Source: Actinomycetota bacterium (GTDB taxonomy: Bacteria; Actinomycetota; Acidimicrobiia; Acidimicrobiales; JACCXE01). Taken from it: a stretch of 46,556 nucleotides of DNA. Below the pieces are notes generated by a model. The model worked only from the letters and a program-made list of their open reading frames with translations, searched no databases and was not told the DNA's origin. The stretch is from the NCBI GenBank assembly GCA_041166225.1, contig JBEEFT010000060.1, positions 1-46,556 on the forward strand, written 5' to 3'. Shown piece after piece: positions 27,982-37,595 of the stretch (the first letter of the stretch is position 1; every line of letters begins with the position of its first letter). The position numbers and the translations under genes were made by a program.

Positions 27982-28026
27982 TCAGGCGTCCTCTCCGAGG
28001 ACGCCCGTGAGCCACGCGGTCCTCAT
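27982..28026 (-). other. Intergenic element: 14-codon mini-ORF spanning a 9-bp hairpin over the yraN SD
   Basis: ATG...TGA encoding MRTAWLTGVLGEDA; GGCGTCCTC-GGA-GAGGACGCC at 27985-28005. Confidence 0.4.
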
Positions 28027-28047
28027 GCGCTCGCTGGCGCTCGCTGC

Positions 28048-28347
28048 TTACAGCTCCTTTTCGGGGAGCTCCTCGACGTTGACGTCTTTGAAGGTGACTA
28101 CGCGCACCGACGAAACGAAGCGGGCCGGGCGGTACATGTCCCAAACCCACGCGTCGTTCAACTCGACCTCGATCCAAGCCCGGTCACCCTCACCCTTGGG
28201 CGTGAGCGTGAATTCGTTAGCCAGATAGAACCGCCGTTCGGTTTCCACGACGTACTTGAACATCGGGAGCACCGCTCGGTACTCCTGAAACAGCTGGAGC
28301 TCGATCTCGGTTTCGTAACGCTCGAGGTCTTCGGGGCTGCTCGACAT
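28048..28347 (-). CDS. DUF2469 family protein
   Basis: EDLERYETEIELQLFQEY, VVETERRFYLAN, DAWVWDMYRPARFV; usual neighbour of yraN. Confidence 0.93.
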   Translation of the reverse strand: MSSSPEDLERYETEIELQLFQEYRAVLPMFKYVVETERRFYLANEFTLTPKGEGDRAWIEVELNDAWVWDMYRPARFVSSVRVVTFKDVNVEELPEKEL

Positions 28348-28395
28348 TGTCAGTCAGTCTACGACCGCGGTGTGACAGGTCGGCGGCGTCGACAG

Positions 28396-29982
28396 CTACA
28401 GGAACGAGATGTGGTCGAACGGCCACACCTTCACCACGGCCCGGCCCACGATCGTCGAGATCTTGATCTGACCGAACACGCGGCTGTCGGCCGAGCCGCT
28501 CCGGTTGTCGCCCATCACCCATAGCCGGCCCGGCGCAACGGTCTGGCTGGGGAAGTCGGTGGTCTCGACGCCTTCGGGCAAGTACGGCTCGAGCAGCTTG
28601 TGGTCGTTGATATAGACGAAGCCGTCGTGGCCTGACACTTGGTCACCGGGCAGGCCGATCACGCGCTTGATGAACTCGTCGGTCGACGGCTGCACGATCC
28701 CGACGCCTTCGCCGACCTTGCGCACCAACTTCTTCAAGCCGGTGCCGTCGTCGGTAGTACTGGACGCGCCCGGCCTCGGGTCGTCGAACACGACGATGTC
28801 GCCGCGACGCGGGTCGTGCATTTTGAACGCGAGCTTCGATACGACCACGCGGTCGTCGATCTGCAACTGCGGGATCATCGATCCGCTCGGGATGTAATAA
28901 GCCTGAGCGAGAAACGTCTTCACCAAGAACGCAATCAACGCCGCGACGATCAGCAGTACCGGAATTTCTGCGAGCGTCCGGGCGACGGTGGGCTTCGGGC
29001 GGTCTTTCTTGATCCGGACGGGCTGCTCGGCGGGCAGCGTTGCCGTGAGGTGCGACTCGGGCTCGAGCAGCAACATCCGCTCGTCGTCGCCCGGCCTTAT
29101 GCCGAACGCCGCCTCGACCGCGTCGGAGCGCAAGAAGTCGGGCAGCTCGTCCTCGTCGTCTTCATCGCCGTGGCGGTCGTCGAGTTCGGGTTCCTCGACC
29201 GGGGCCAGCGCGGCGGGACGCGCCGAAGCCGGGATGGGTGGCGGAGGCGGCAGGATCGGTTCAGGTTCTACGAACCGGTCGGCCCTATCGGCGTCGTGGT
29301 CCTCGGCGACGGTCTGCGCGGCGGTTGCGAAGACCACCGCGTCGGCGGCGGCGTCGGCTTCGGTGGTCTCGGCCCGCGATCGTGGGGACGCGGCGCGAGC
29401 GCGTAGGGCATCCACGACGTCGACGGCACGCGCTGCGCCCGCCAAAGGCGACCGCAGCCGCGACCGACGCGCCAGCGGGCCCGGTTCGGGTTCGGGCTCG
29501 GCGTCGAAGTCGGCCTCGAAGTACGCCCGTTCCCGCTCCGGCTCCGCCGCGGGCTCCGGTTCGGGCTCGGGCTCGGCCTCATCGTCGTCTTCGTCTTCGT
29601 TTTCGTCTTCGTCTTCGTCTTCGTCTTCGACGATGTCGTGCTGCGCGTAATCGGGCTCGTCGGCGAGCGTCGGATCGGCTTCAGCTTCGGCGGCGGGCCC
29701 CACCTCGTCGAGATCGTCGTCGACGTTGTCGCGGTAATCGGCGTCGTCGGTCGCGTCGACGGGCGCCCCGTCGTCGTGGGCCGGGCGCGGCGTGGTTTCG
29801 AGAAGCTCGGGCGCGTCGAAATCCATCTCGTCGCGCCAGTCGTGGCGGTTGGACGGAACGGGCGGCGGCAGAGGAGGCGCCGCATGCTCGACCGGGGGCG
29901 GCGGTGCCGGGGCAGGCGCGTCGGTGACGCCCTCAAGCGGCGGCAACGCGTACCGGTCGAACGGAGTGTCTTCAGATGTCAT
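28396..29982 (-). CDS. lepB: Signal peptidase I with long acidic/Pro-rich N-terminal extension
   Basis: TM helix, then IPSGSM (Ser), FIKRVIG (Lys), GDNRSGSADSR; follows rplS. Confidence 0.93.
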   Translation of the reverse strand: MTSEDTPFDRYALPPLEGVTDAPAPAPPPPVEHAAPPLPPPVPSNRHDWRDEMDFDAPELLETTPRPAHDDGAPVDATDDADYRDNVDDDLDEVGPAAEAEADPTLADEPDYAQHDIVEDEDEDEDENEDEDDDEAEPEPEPEPAAEPERERAYFEADFDAEPEPEPGPLARRSRLRSPLAGAARAVDVVDALRARAASPRSRAETTEADAAADAVVFATAAQTVAEDHDADRADRFVEPEPILPPPPPIPASARPAALAPVEEPELDDRHGDEDDEDELPDFLRSDAVEAAFGIRPGDDERMLLLEPESHLTATLPAEQPVRIKKDRPKPTVARTLAEIPVLLIVAALIAFLVKTFLAQAYYIPSGSMIPQLQIDDRVVVSKLAFKMHDPRRGDIVVFDDPRPGASSTTDDGTGLKKLVRKVGEGVGIVQPSTDEFIKRVIGLPGDQVSGHDGFVYINDHKLLEPYLPEGVETTDFPSQTVAPGRLWVMGDNRSGSADSRVFGQIKISTIVGRAVVKVWPFDHISFL

Positions 29983-30060
29983 AGGGACGCGCGGCAGCCA
30001 GTGAACACGACGCGGTAACCGTAGTAGCCGAGGCCCGCAGATCGCGGACGCAGCCGGTCG

Positions 30061-30411
30061 TTATCGGACGGCGCGCTTTTCCTTGATCTTGGCTCGCTTG
30101 CCGACGCGATCGCGTAGGTAATACAGCTTGGCCCGACGCACGTCGCCGCGCGTCACTACTTCGATCTGCGCCAGGATCGGCGAGTGCACCGGGAAGGTGC
30201 GCTCAACGCCGACGCCGAAGCTGACCTTGCGCACGGTGAACGTCTCGCGCACGCCGTCGCCCTGGCGGCGGATCACGGCGCCCTGGAATACCTGGACGCG
30301 CTCACGCGTCCCTTCGACGACTCGCACGTGCACCTTCAGGGTGTCACCGGGCCCAAATGCAGGGATGTCGTCGCGCAGGCTGGCGCGGTCGACGATATCG
30401 GTGGGGTTCAT
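30061..30411 (-). CDS. rplS: 50S ribosomal protein L19
   Basis: [27 protein letters not shown]. Confidence 0.99.
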   Translation of the reverse strand: MNPTDIVDRASLRDDIPAFGPGDTLKVHVRVVEGTRERVQVFQGAVIRRQGDGVRETFTVRKVSFGVGVERTFPVHSPILAQIEVVTRGDVRRAKLYYLRDRVGKRAKIKEKRAVR

Positions 30412-30453
30412 GACGCGAGGGACTCCTGAGGCGAGAACGTGGGACGGGCCATG

Positions 30454-31179
30454 TTAGTCATTCGACGCCCACCGCTCCAAGAGGGCCTGCTCGTCGTCGG
30501 TCAACCCGCCGCGGCTTTCGATGAGATCGGGCCGCCGCGCCACCGTGCGGGCCAGCGCCTGCGCCCGTCGCCACGCGGCGACGTCGGCGTGGTTGCCCGA
30601 ACGCAGCACATCGGGCACGGGCCAGTCGCGAAAAACCGGCGGCCGCGTGAACTGCGGATATTCGAGCAGCCCGTCGGCGAAACTTTCCTCGTCGACAGAC
30701 GCGGTGTTGCCGAGCACCCCGGGAACAAGCCGGGCGACTGCCTCGATCACGACGAAAGCCGCAGCCTCGCCGCCGGCGAGCACGAAGTCGCCGACGGACA
30801 ATTCGTCGTCGACGAGGTGTTGCGTGATCCGGGCGTCGAAGCCTTCGTACCGGCCGCACAGCAGCGAGAACCCGTCGCGTGACGCGAGCTCGGTCGCCAC
30901 GGACTGATTGAACGCACGACCGGACGGCGAAAGCGCGAACAGGGGCCGCGGTGGGTCGGCTGCTTCGACGCACGCGAAGACGGGCTCAGGCATCAGCACC
31001 ATTCCGGCGCCGCCGCCGTACGGCGCGTCGTCTACGGCACGGTGCGCGCCGGTGGCGTGGCTCCGCAAGTCGTGCACCCGCAAGTCGAGCAACCCGTCTT
31101 TGCGGGCCTTGCCGATCAGGCTGGCGTCGAGGAAGCCGTCGACGAGGTCAGGAAACAGGCTGAAGACGTCGACGCGCAC
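30454..31179 (-). CDS. trmD: tRNA (guanine-N1)-methyltransferase
   Basis: VDDAPYGGGAGM, CGRYEGFD, SVGDFVLAGGE, LLEYPQFTRP; start at GTG 31179. Confidence 0.97.
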   Translation of the reverse strand: MRVDVFSLFPDLVDGFLDASLIGKARKDGLLDLRVHDLRSHATGAHRAVDDAPYGGGAGMVLMPEPVFACVEAADPPRPLFALSPSGRAFNQSVATELASRDGFSLLCGRYEGFDARITQHLVDDELSVGDFVLAGGEAAAFVVIEAVARLVPGVLGNTASVDEESFADGLLEYPQFTRPPVFRDWPVPDVLRSGNHADVAAWRRAQALARTVARRPDLIESRGGLTDDEQALLERWASND

Positions 31180-31229
31180 GACCCAAGCGTAGGAGTGCCG
31201 CGGCGATGTTCGCGACTGCGTCGATGCAG

Positions 31230-31793
31230 CTAGGCCGGTGCGGCGAACGACATCCCTTTGAGAAACAGGTCGGCGTCGTGTTGACGGGGAAACCGGTTGG
31301 CGAGCTCGTAGAACTGCGCATTGTGCTCGCTTACCAACAGGTGGGCGAGCTCGTGCACCAGCACGGCGTCGATCACGAACTGCGGCGCACCCTGCAGCCG
31401 GGCGCTGATCCGGATCGTGCCCTCGGCTGCGGTGCAGCTCCCCCACCGGCTGTTCTGTCGCGTCGACCACCGCACCGACGTCGGCTTCGCCGCGTTCTTC
31501 AGATACGTCCGGGTCAGATGCACGGCCCGCTGGTGCAAAGCGTCGTCAGTGGGACGGGCCTTCTCCCGGCTCGCGATGAGCTTTCGGCTCAGCTCGTCGG
31601 CATACAGCTGGCGGTCGGCCTTCGACAGTCGCCGAGGCACCACAACCACGATGCGCTCGCCCTCCCAGTGTGCGGCGATCGTCTTGCGGCGCTTGTCAGA
31701 GACGCGGATTTCGATCTCAGGCGCCGCCGCTGTTTCCAGTTCCGGGTCGCCGATCCCGACTTCGTCGAACAGCGTGGCCTGCGCGGCTTCCAT
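31230..31793 (-). CDS. YgjP/DUF45 (M48/SprT-like) zinc metallohydrolase
   Basis: RWGSCT, IRISARL, VLVHELAHL; TAATG coupling to the GNAT gene. Confidence 0.85.
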   Translation of the reverse strand: MEAAQATLFDEVGIGDPELETAAAPEIEIRVSDKRRKTIAAHWEGERIVVVVPRRLSKADRQLYADELSRKLIASREKARPTDDALHQRAVHLTRTYLKNAAKPTSVRWSTRQNSRWGSCTAAEGTIRISARLQGAPQFVIDAVLVHELAHLLVSEHNAQFYELANRFPRQHDADLFLKGMSFAAPA

Positions 31794-32305
31794 TAAGGCG
31801 AAGGTAACGCCCGCGCGTAACGCAACTCGTGGATGGGCGCGCCTCGCCACACTTCGTCTTTTTCGGCGCCGTCGTGCGCCCAACCCGCGAGTTCGTAAAA
31901 GCGGCGGGCGCGCGCGTTTGTCTCCAGCACCCACAGGATCGCGTTCGTGAATCCCAGCGCGCCCAACTCGTCGACGGCTGCAGCCATAAGCGCACGGCCC
32001 GCGCCCGCGCCCCACGCTTCGGGCGCCGCGTAGATCGCGACGACCTCGCCCGTCGACGGGTCGGCGCCTTCGTCACGCGACGGCCGGACGTTTACGAAGG
32101 CAACAACCACGTCGTCGGCGACGGCGACGAACGTTTGCGACTCGCCCGCGGTCAGAACGCGCGTCCACAGCTCGGTGCGCTCGCGCACGTCGAGCGACGC
32201 GAGGAATCCGTCGCCCAGCGACGCGTAGGTCACCCGCCACGACGCGATGTGCACGTGCGCGATCGCGGCCGCATCATCGGCCGTGGCGCGGCGGACGCGC
32301 ACCAC
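31793..32305 (-). CDS. GNAT family N-acetyltransferase
   Basis: PEAWGAGAGRALM (motif A), LWVLETNARARRFYELAGW. Confidence 0.9.
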   Translation of the reverse strand: MVRVRRATADDAAAIAHVHIASWRVTYASLGDGFLASLDVRERTELWTRVLTAGESQTFVAVADDVVVAFVNVRPSRDEGADPSTGEVVAIYAAPEAWGAGAGRALMAAAVDELGALGFTNAILWVLETNARARRFYELAGWAHDGAEKDEVWRGAPIHELRYARALPSP

Positions 32306-32306
32306 G

Positions 32307-32768
32307 TCAGTCGAAGAGGCCTTCGGGAACGTCGACCGTGACGGAGTGTTCCGTAGTAGCGGTAAGGAACGTCAGCGGCACGAGGGCGCCGGAGTCGAGC
32401 ACGAGCAGGTCGGACGCGGGATTCGCCTCGACCGAGGTCACCGTGCCCCGCACGGTGCCGTGCTGGTCGACCACTTCGCGTCCGACGAGTTCGTGCACCC
32501 ACAGGGCTTCGGGGTCTTCGAGCGGTTCCGCGTAGAGGTCGCGGTGCGAGATGTCTTCGGAACCGTTGCGGTCGAACACGCCGTCGAACGTCACGATCCA
32601 GCGGCGGCCGAACGGCGTCGACGTGAGCACGGTCAGCGGGCGCCCGCCGTCGCCGTCGAGCGCCAGCACCGTGCCGGGCGCGACGCGTTCGTCGCGGTTG
32701 GTGACAAGCGAGACGACGACCTCACCGCGCAGACCGTGCGGCTTGTCGACGCGGCCGACTAGCAGCAC
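32307..32768 (-). CDS. rimM: 16S rRNA processing protein RimM
   Basis: VGRVDKPHGLRGEV and PRC barrel ending PEGLFD; start approximate. Confidence 0.93.
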   Translation of the reverse strand: MLLVGRVDKPHGLRGEVVVSLVTNRDERVAPGTVLALDGDGGRPLTVLTSTPFGRRWIVTFDGVFDRNGSEDISHRDLYAEPLEDPEALWVHELVGREVVDQHGTVRGTVTSVEANPASDLLVLDSGALVPLTFLTATTEHSVTVDVPEGLFD

Positions 32769-32787
32769 GACGCTTCGGTGGAGCCGG

Positions 32788-33042
32788 CTAGTCGACGATG
32801 TCGACGCTGGCTTCGACACCGGCGCGGGCGCCGGCGGCGCGCACAACGGTGCGGATGGCCTGCGCGTTGCGACCGCGACGGCCGATGACGCGGCCCATGT
32901 CGTCTTTGCCGACTGTGAGGCGCAGGTCGACCGCGCCTTCGCTGTGATCGGCCTCGACCGACACCTCTTCGGGCGAGTCGACGAGTTGGCTGGCCACGTA
33001 GGCCAGCACCTTCTCGGGCGTGTCAGGTCCGACGTCGGGCAT
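32788..33042 (-). CDS. khpA: KH-domain RNA-binding protein KhpA
   Basis: DMGRVIGRRGRNAQAIRTVV; lies between rpsP and rimM. Confidence 0.92.
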   Translation of the reverse strand: MPDVGPDTPEKVLAYVASQLVDSPEEVSVEADHSEGAVDLRLTVGKDDMGRVIGRRGRNAQAIRTVVRAAGARAGVEASVDIVD

Positions 33043-33044
33043 GA

Positions 33045-33317
33045 CTACTTGGTGTTCTTCGAGGCGGTGAACTGGTCCCAGGCGCCGCTGATCTTGAGCA
33101 GCTTGCCGACGGTTTCAGTGGGCTGGGCGCCCTTCTGCAACCACGCGACGGCCTTGTCGTTGTCCATGTTGATCACAGACGGCTCGGCCCGCGGGTCGTA
33201 GTTGCCGAGGATCTCGATGAAGCGGCCGTCACGCGGCGAACGCGCATCGGCGACGACGACGCGATACGTCGGCTGCTTGGTCTTGCCCATTCGCATCAGG
33301 CGGAGCTTTACGGCCAT
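33045..33317 (-). CDS. rpsP: 30S ribosomal protein S16
   Basis: [29 protein letters not shown]. Confidence 0.99.
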   Translation of the reverse strand: MAVKLRLMRMGKTKQPTYRVVVADARSPRDGRFIEILGNYDPRAEPSVINMDNDKAVAWLQKGAQPTETVGKLLKISGAWDQFTASKNTK

Positions 33318-34648
33318 TACTTCCTCTTCTTCTTTTTCTTGGTGGCTTTCTTTTGCATCCGACGACCAAGCCCACCCATCTGCTTCATCATCTTTTGCAT
33401 TTCTTCGAACTGCTTCAGCAACAGGTTGACGTCGCTGATCGAAGTTCCGCTGCCCACGGCAATGCGCTGGCGGCGCGATCCGTTGACAAGCGATGGCGTT
33501 GTTCGCTCCGCCGTGGTCATGCTGCGAATGATCGCCTCGACCCTTCCGACCTCGCGGTCGCCGATCTCGACGTCTTTCATCTCTTTGGGGAGCCCGGGCA
33601 TCATACCGAGAACGCTGCTCAAAGGCCCCATCTTCTTGAGCTGCTGCATCTGTTCTAGGAAGTCATCGAGGGTGAATTGGCCCTCCATGAGCTTCTGGGC
33701 GGCGATCTCGGCCTCTTGCTCCTCGTAGACCGCCTCGGCCTTCTCGATCAGCGTGAGCATGTCGCCCATGCCCAAAATCCGGCCCGCCATGCGGTCGGGG
33801 TGGAACGTGTCGAAGTCTTCGAGCTTCTCGCCGTTCGAGGCGAATGCGATCGGACGCCCGACGACCTGCTTGACCGACAACGCAGCGCCGCCGCGGGCGT
33901 CGCCGTCGAGCTTGGTGAGGATCACGCCGTCGAGTTCGAGCGTCTGATGGAACGCCTCGGCGGTTTCGACCGCGGACTGACCGGTCATCGCGTCGATCAC
34001 GAGGAACGTGTACTTCGGCTCGACGACGCCGCTTATCTGGCGCACTTCTTCCATCAGCTCGGCGTCGATGGCGAGGCGACCGGCCGTGTCGACGATCAGC
34101 ACGTCCTTGCCGAGGCGCTGCGCTTCTGCGAGACCGGCCTTGGCCACCGACACCGGGTCGGTCGCTTCGCTGTAGACCGTGACGCCGATCTGGCCGCCGA
34201 GCACGCGCAACTGCTCGACCGCCGCGGGGCGCTGAAGGTCGGCGCCGACGAGCAACGGGTTGCGGCCCTGGGTCTTGAACCAGCGTGCGAGCTTCGCCGC
34301 GGTGGTGGTTTTACCGCCACCCTGCAGACCCGCCAACAGGACCACAGTCGGCGGGCGGCTGGCGTAGGTGATCTTGAGCGTCTCACCGCCGAGGGTGTCG
34401 ATCAGCTCGTTGTGAACGAGTTTGATGACCTGCTGGGCCGGGCTCAGGCTCTGCGACAGGTCGGCGCCGATACAGGCCGCTTTGACGCGGGCGACAAAGT
34501 CGCGGACCACCGTGAAGTTGACGTCGGCTTCCAGCAGCGCGACCCGGATCTCGCGACAGACCTCGTCGATGTCGGCCTCGCTGAGCCGCCCGCGCCCGCG
34601 CAGGCGCGTGAAGATCCCGTCGAAACGATCGCTCAGAGACTCGAACAC
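33317..34648 (-). CDS. ffh: Signal recognition particle protein Ffh
   Basis: [24 protein letters not shown], Met-rich M domain; start at GTG 34648. Confidence 0.98.
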   Translation of the reverse strand: MFESLSDRFDGIFTRLRGRGRLSEADIDEVCREIRVALLEADVNFTVVRDFVARVKAACIGADLSQSLSPAQQVIKLVHNELIDTLGGETLKITYASRPPTVVLLAGLQGGGKTTTAAKLARWFKTQGRNPLLVGADLQRPAAVEQLRVLGGQIGVTVYSEATDPVSVAKAGLAEAQRLGKDVLIVDTAGRLAIDAELMEEVRQISGVVEPKYTFLVIDAMTGQSAVETAEAFHQTLELDGVILTKLDGDARGGAALSVKQVVGRPIAFASNGEKLEDFDTFHPDRMAGRILGMGDMLTLIEKAEAVYEEQEAEIAAQKLMEGQFTLDDFLEQMQQLKKMGPLSSVLGMMPGLPKEMKDVEIGDREVGRVEAIIRSMTTAERTTPSLVNGSRRQRIAVGSGTSISDVNLLLKQFEEMQKMMKQMGGLGRRMQKKATKKKKKRK

Positions 34649-34668
34649 AGCCCGCCGATGGTACTGGG

Positions 34669-36294
34669 CTACGTGACGGTCATTACCAGCGAGAGCGTCG
34701 CGGTCGAGTCCTTGGGGTCCTTGGTGCACATGGTGCCCGACGTGATGGTGAACTCGGCCGTGTAGGTGCCGGCAGCGGCGTACGTGTGCTCACGCCCGCG
34801 CTGGACCTTCCCTGGGCCATCAGCGACGGTGGCTGCGCACGCCTGGCAACGGACGGCGCCCGGGCCGCCGTCACCGAAGTTCTCCGTGACGCCGTCGCCG
34901 CACGGCCCGTCAGTAAACGCCCGGTCGGGGTCACTGCCGGTGATGGTGAACATCACGCTCTCGCCCGCCTTCACCGTGGTCGAGTTCGCGCACACCTGCG
35001 CAGTGATGCCGTTCGCGTCGGCGCTGGACGGTGACAGTCCCGCACAATTGGCCGACGAGCCCGGGTCGGCGGTACCGCCGCCCGTGCTGCCGGCGCTACC
35101 GCCTCCTGCACCGCTACCCGGCTTGACACTCGTCGTGTCGGTCGGCTGCTCGAGGTACTTGTCGTCGGCCGCTTGCGCGAACACGTGGTCGCCGTGATCC
35201 GACGTGAAGTCGTAGGCCGGTACGAGCCACAGCGCGCCGGCGCTATCGCCTTGCAACATCAAGCCGACTTCGACCTTGGTCAACGTGATCACCGTCGGTT
35301 CGATCGAGCCTCCGCCGTCGACGGGCACCGGCTCGTTCGTGACCGCGCCGGGCGCGGGCGCCACGGCGGTTTCAGGCGTCGCCATGTCGGTCGCTACACC
35401 CGCGCCCAAACGTTCCGGCCCGCCTATTCCGTACGGCTGGGGCGTCGACGCGTTGAGCCGCTCGACGGCTCGTTGCAGCGTTGCCAAGTCGTACGTGCCA
35501 ACCGAACTCGGTCCGGCGAGGTAGCCGCTGGCCGTAGTGATCTTCTTCGTCGCGTCGACGGTGACGAAGTGCTCGAAGCCGCTGACCGTTTTGCCCTGCA
35601 CACGCGATCTGATGCGCACATCGAACGACGACCCGTCGACGGTTTCGGTCGTCACGATGGCGTCGCCGACGCTGACGCCTGCCGTCTTCAGTGCGTCAGT
35701 GGCGATGCGCTGCGCTTCGGCCTTCGTCGGCGCGTTGGCCGGAACCGTCGTAGGGGGCGGCGGCGGGAACGACGGTGCGGCGCAAACGGCCGAACTCGAC
35801 GGCGAAGCGCTCGCGCTATTCGCACTCGGCGCATCGGGCGTGCCGTCGGCGGCGACCGGCGCGATCGCGCAGCCCGACCCGACCGACCCCGCAAACGACG
35901 CGTTCATCGAAAACGACCCGCCCCTCGACACGTACAAGTTGCCCGCGTCGCTACTCGCGGTCTCTTTGGCGCCTTGGCCGACGTTCCACCCGTCACCCTG
36001 GCTTCGCACTGCACCCGGCACGCCGAGCGCTTTTGCCAGTTTCTCGACATCGGTGCGCGTTACTTCGTCGAACTTGTATGCCTCGCCCGTCTTCGCGTCG
36101 GTCGTGACGCCGTCGGCGAGTACGTACTTCACGTTCGGCCTCATCATCAAGGCGTCGGCGCTTGCCGCCGTTGCCTCGCTCTTCGCGCCGCCCGTCGCGG
36201 CAAGCGGGCCGGGCAGCTTCGGCACATTGGTGCCGCACGCGCCCAGTACCAGTGCGGTTACCGCTAAGCCGGCGAGGACAAGACGAGCACGCAT
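34669..36294 (-). CDS. Uncharacterised lipoprotein with C-terminal PKD-like domain
   Basis: Lipobox LGAC after a hydrophobic stretch; low-complexity linkers; EHTYAAAGTYTAEFTIT; several Cys. Confidence 0.8.
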   Translation of the reverse strand: MRARLVLAGLAVTALVLGACGTNVPKLPGPLAATGGAKSEATAASADALMMRPNVKYVLADGVTTDAKTGEAYKFDEVTRTDVEKLAKALGVPGAVRSQGDGWNVGQGAKETASSDAGNLYVSRGGSFSMNASFAGSVGSGCAIAPVAADGTPDAPSANSASASPSSSAVCAAPSFPPPPPTTVPANAPTKAEAQRIATDALKTAGVSVGDAIVTTETVDGSSFDVRIRSRVQGKTVSGFEHFVTVDATKKITTASGYLAGPSSVGTYDLATLQRAVERLNASTPQPYGIGGPERLGAGVATDMATPETAVAPAPGAVTNEPVPVDGGGSIEPTVITLTKVEVGLMLQGDSAGALWLVPAYDFTSDHGDHVFAQAADDKYLEQPTDTTSVKPGSGAGGGSAGSTGGGTADPGSSANCAGLSPSSADANGITAQVCANSTTVKAGESVMFTITGSDPDRAFTDGPCGDGVTENFGDGGPGAVRCQACAATVADGPGKVQRGREHTYAAAGTYTAEFTITSGTMCTKDPKDSTATLSLVMTVT

Positions 36295-36302
36295 GGCGGT
36301 TG

Positions 36303-36329
36303 GACGCCGCTGCTCCCCTGGCTGGTTCC
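36303..36329 (-). promoter_or_regulatory. ECF-sigma-type promoter of the lipoprotein gene
   Basis: GGAACC-N17-CGTC, ending 8 nt before ATG 36294. Confidence 0.55.
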
Positions 36330-36342
36330 GCCCGGCGCGCTA

Positions 36343-37557
36343 TTAGTCGGTGGAGAAGAGCGCTTCGACGAATTCGTCGGGGTCGAAGTCGATCAAATCA
36401 TCCGCACCTTCGCCGACACCGACGAGCTTGATCGGGATACCGAGTTCGGCCTGAATGGCGAGCGCGATGCCGCCCTTGGCCGTGCCGTCGAGCTTCGTGA
36501 GCACCACGCCCGTTACGCCGGCGACGTCGGCGAACTCGCGTGCTTGGGCGAGGCCGTTGTTGCCGGTGGTCGCGTCGATCACGAGCAGCGTCTCGGTGAG
36601 CGTCGCCGGGCCTTTCTCGGCGATGCGGTGAACTTTCTTCAGCTCCTCCATGAGGTTGACCTTGTTGTGCAGGCGGCCCGCCGTGTCGGCGAGGATGAGG
36701 TTGGCGCCGCGCGCGGCGCCCGCTTCGATCGCGTCGAACACAACCGAGCCGGGGTCGGCGCCTTCGGCGCCACGGATGATGTCGCTGCCCGTGCGCTCGG
36801 CCCACATCTGCAATTGCTCGCCCGCCGCGGCGCGGAACGTGTCGCCTGCGGCGAGCATCACCTTCTTGCCGTTGGTCACTTCGCGCCGCGCCAGTTTGCC
36901 GATAGTGGTGGTCTTGCCGACCCCGTTGACGCCGACCATCAGCCACACGCTCGGACCGTCGTCGGCCGTCTTCAGTGTGCGGTCACCTTCGAGGCGTCGC
37001 TTCAGATCCGCCTTGAGGCTCTCGAGCAGGTCGTCGGCGGTCTTGATGCGCTCGGCCTTTGCCGCCGCGCGGAGGTCTTCGATCACGGCCATCGTGGTCT
37101 GCACGCCAAGGTCGGAACGGATCAACGCCTCTTCGAGTTCGTCCCACGTGTTGTTGTCGATCGGACGGGCCCGCAACCCGACGACGCCGGCCATCGCGGC
37201 CCGGGCCCGGCCGAGCCGGTCACGCAGACGCGGCTTGACGACCACATCGGGTTCGGGCTCGACGACCTCGGGCGGCGCCTCGAGAACCGGCGGCTCGACG
37301 ACGACGGGCGGTGCCACAAGCGGTGGTTCGAGGACCACGCTGGGCGGCTCGACGACGACTTCAGGCGGTGCGGTGACGGGCGGAGTGACATCGGTCGGCC
37401 GCGGTGTGATCGTGGGCCGCGGTGCCTCGGGTGGGCGCCGGGTGGGCGGGCCGATGTCGGGACGCTTGGTGCGTCGCGAGGCGGTGCCGAGGCGTACGAG
37501 CGATACGACGAGCAACAAGAACGCGCCGATGATCAGGACAAGAAGGACTGCTTGCAT
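36343..37557 (-). CDS. ftsY: SRP receptor FtsY with N-terminal TM and Pro-rich linker
   Basis: GVNGVGKTTT, DTFRAAA, DTAGRL, TKLDGTAKGG. Confidence 0.97.
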   Translation of the reverse strand: MQAVLLVLIIGAFLLLVVSLVRLGTASRRTKRPDIGPPTRRPPEAPRPTITPRPTDVTPPVTAPPEVVVEPPSVVLEPPLVAPPVVVEPPVLEAPPEVVEPEPDVVVKPRLRDRLGRARAAMAGVVGLRARPIDNNTWDELEEALIRSDLGVQTTMAVIEDLRAAAKAERIKTADDLLESLKADLKRRLEGDRTLKTADDGPSVWLMVGVNGVGKTTTIGKLARREVTNGKKVMLAAGDTFRAAAGEQLQMWAERTGSDIIRGAEGADPGSVVFDAIEAGAARGANLILADTAGRLHNKVNLMEELKKVHRIAEKGPATLTETLLVIDATTGNNGLAQAREFADVAGVTGVVLTKLDGTAKGGIALAIQAELGIPIKLVGVGEGADDLIDFDPDEFVEALFSTD

Positions 37558-37595
37558 ATCGGCAGCGAGCCTACGGGGAGACGGAAGCGGAGCAG

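Noticed and set aside
29480-29635. TCGTCT and TCGGGC/TCGGGT tandem repeats
   Set aside because: In-frame codon repeats for the DE and EP runs of the LepB extension; not CRISPR and not a mobile repeat.
31230-32305. GNAT plus neighbour as a toxin-antitoxin pair
   Set aside because: No RHH/DUF1778 antitoxin; the neighbour is a metallohydrolase.
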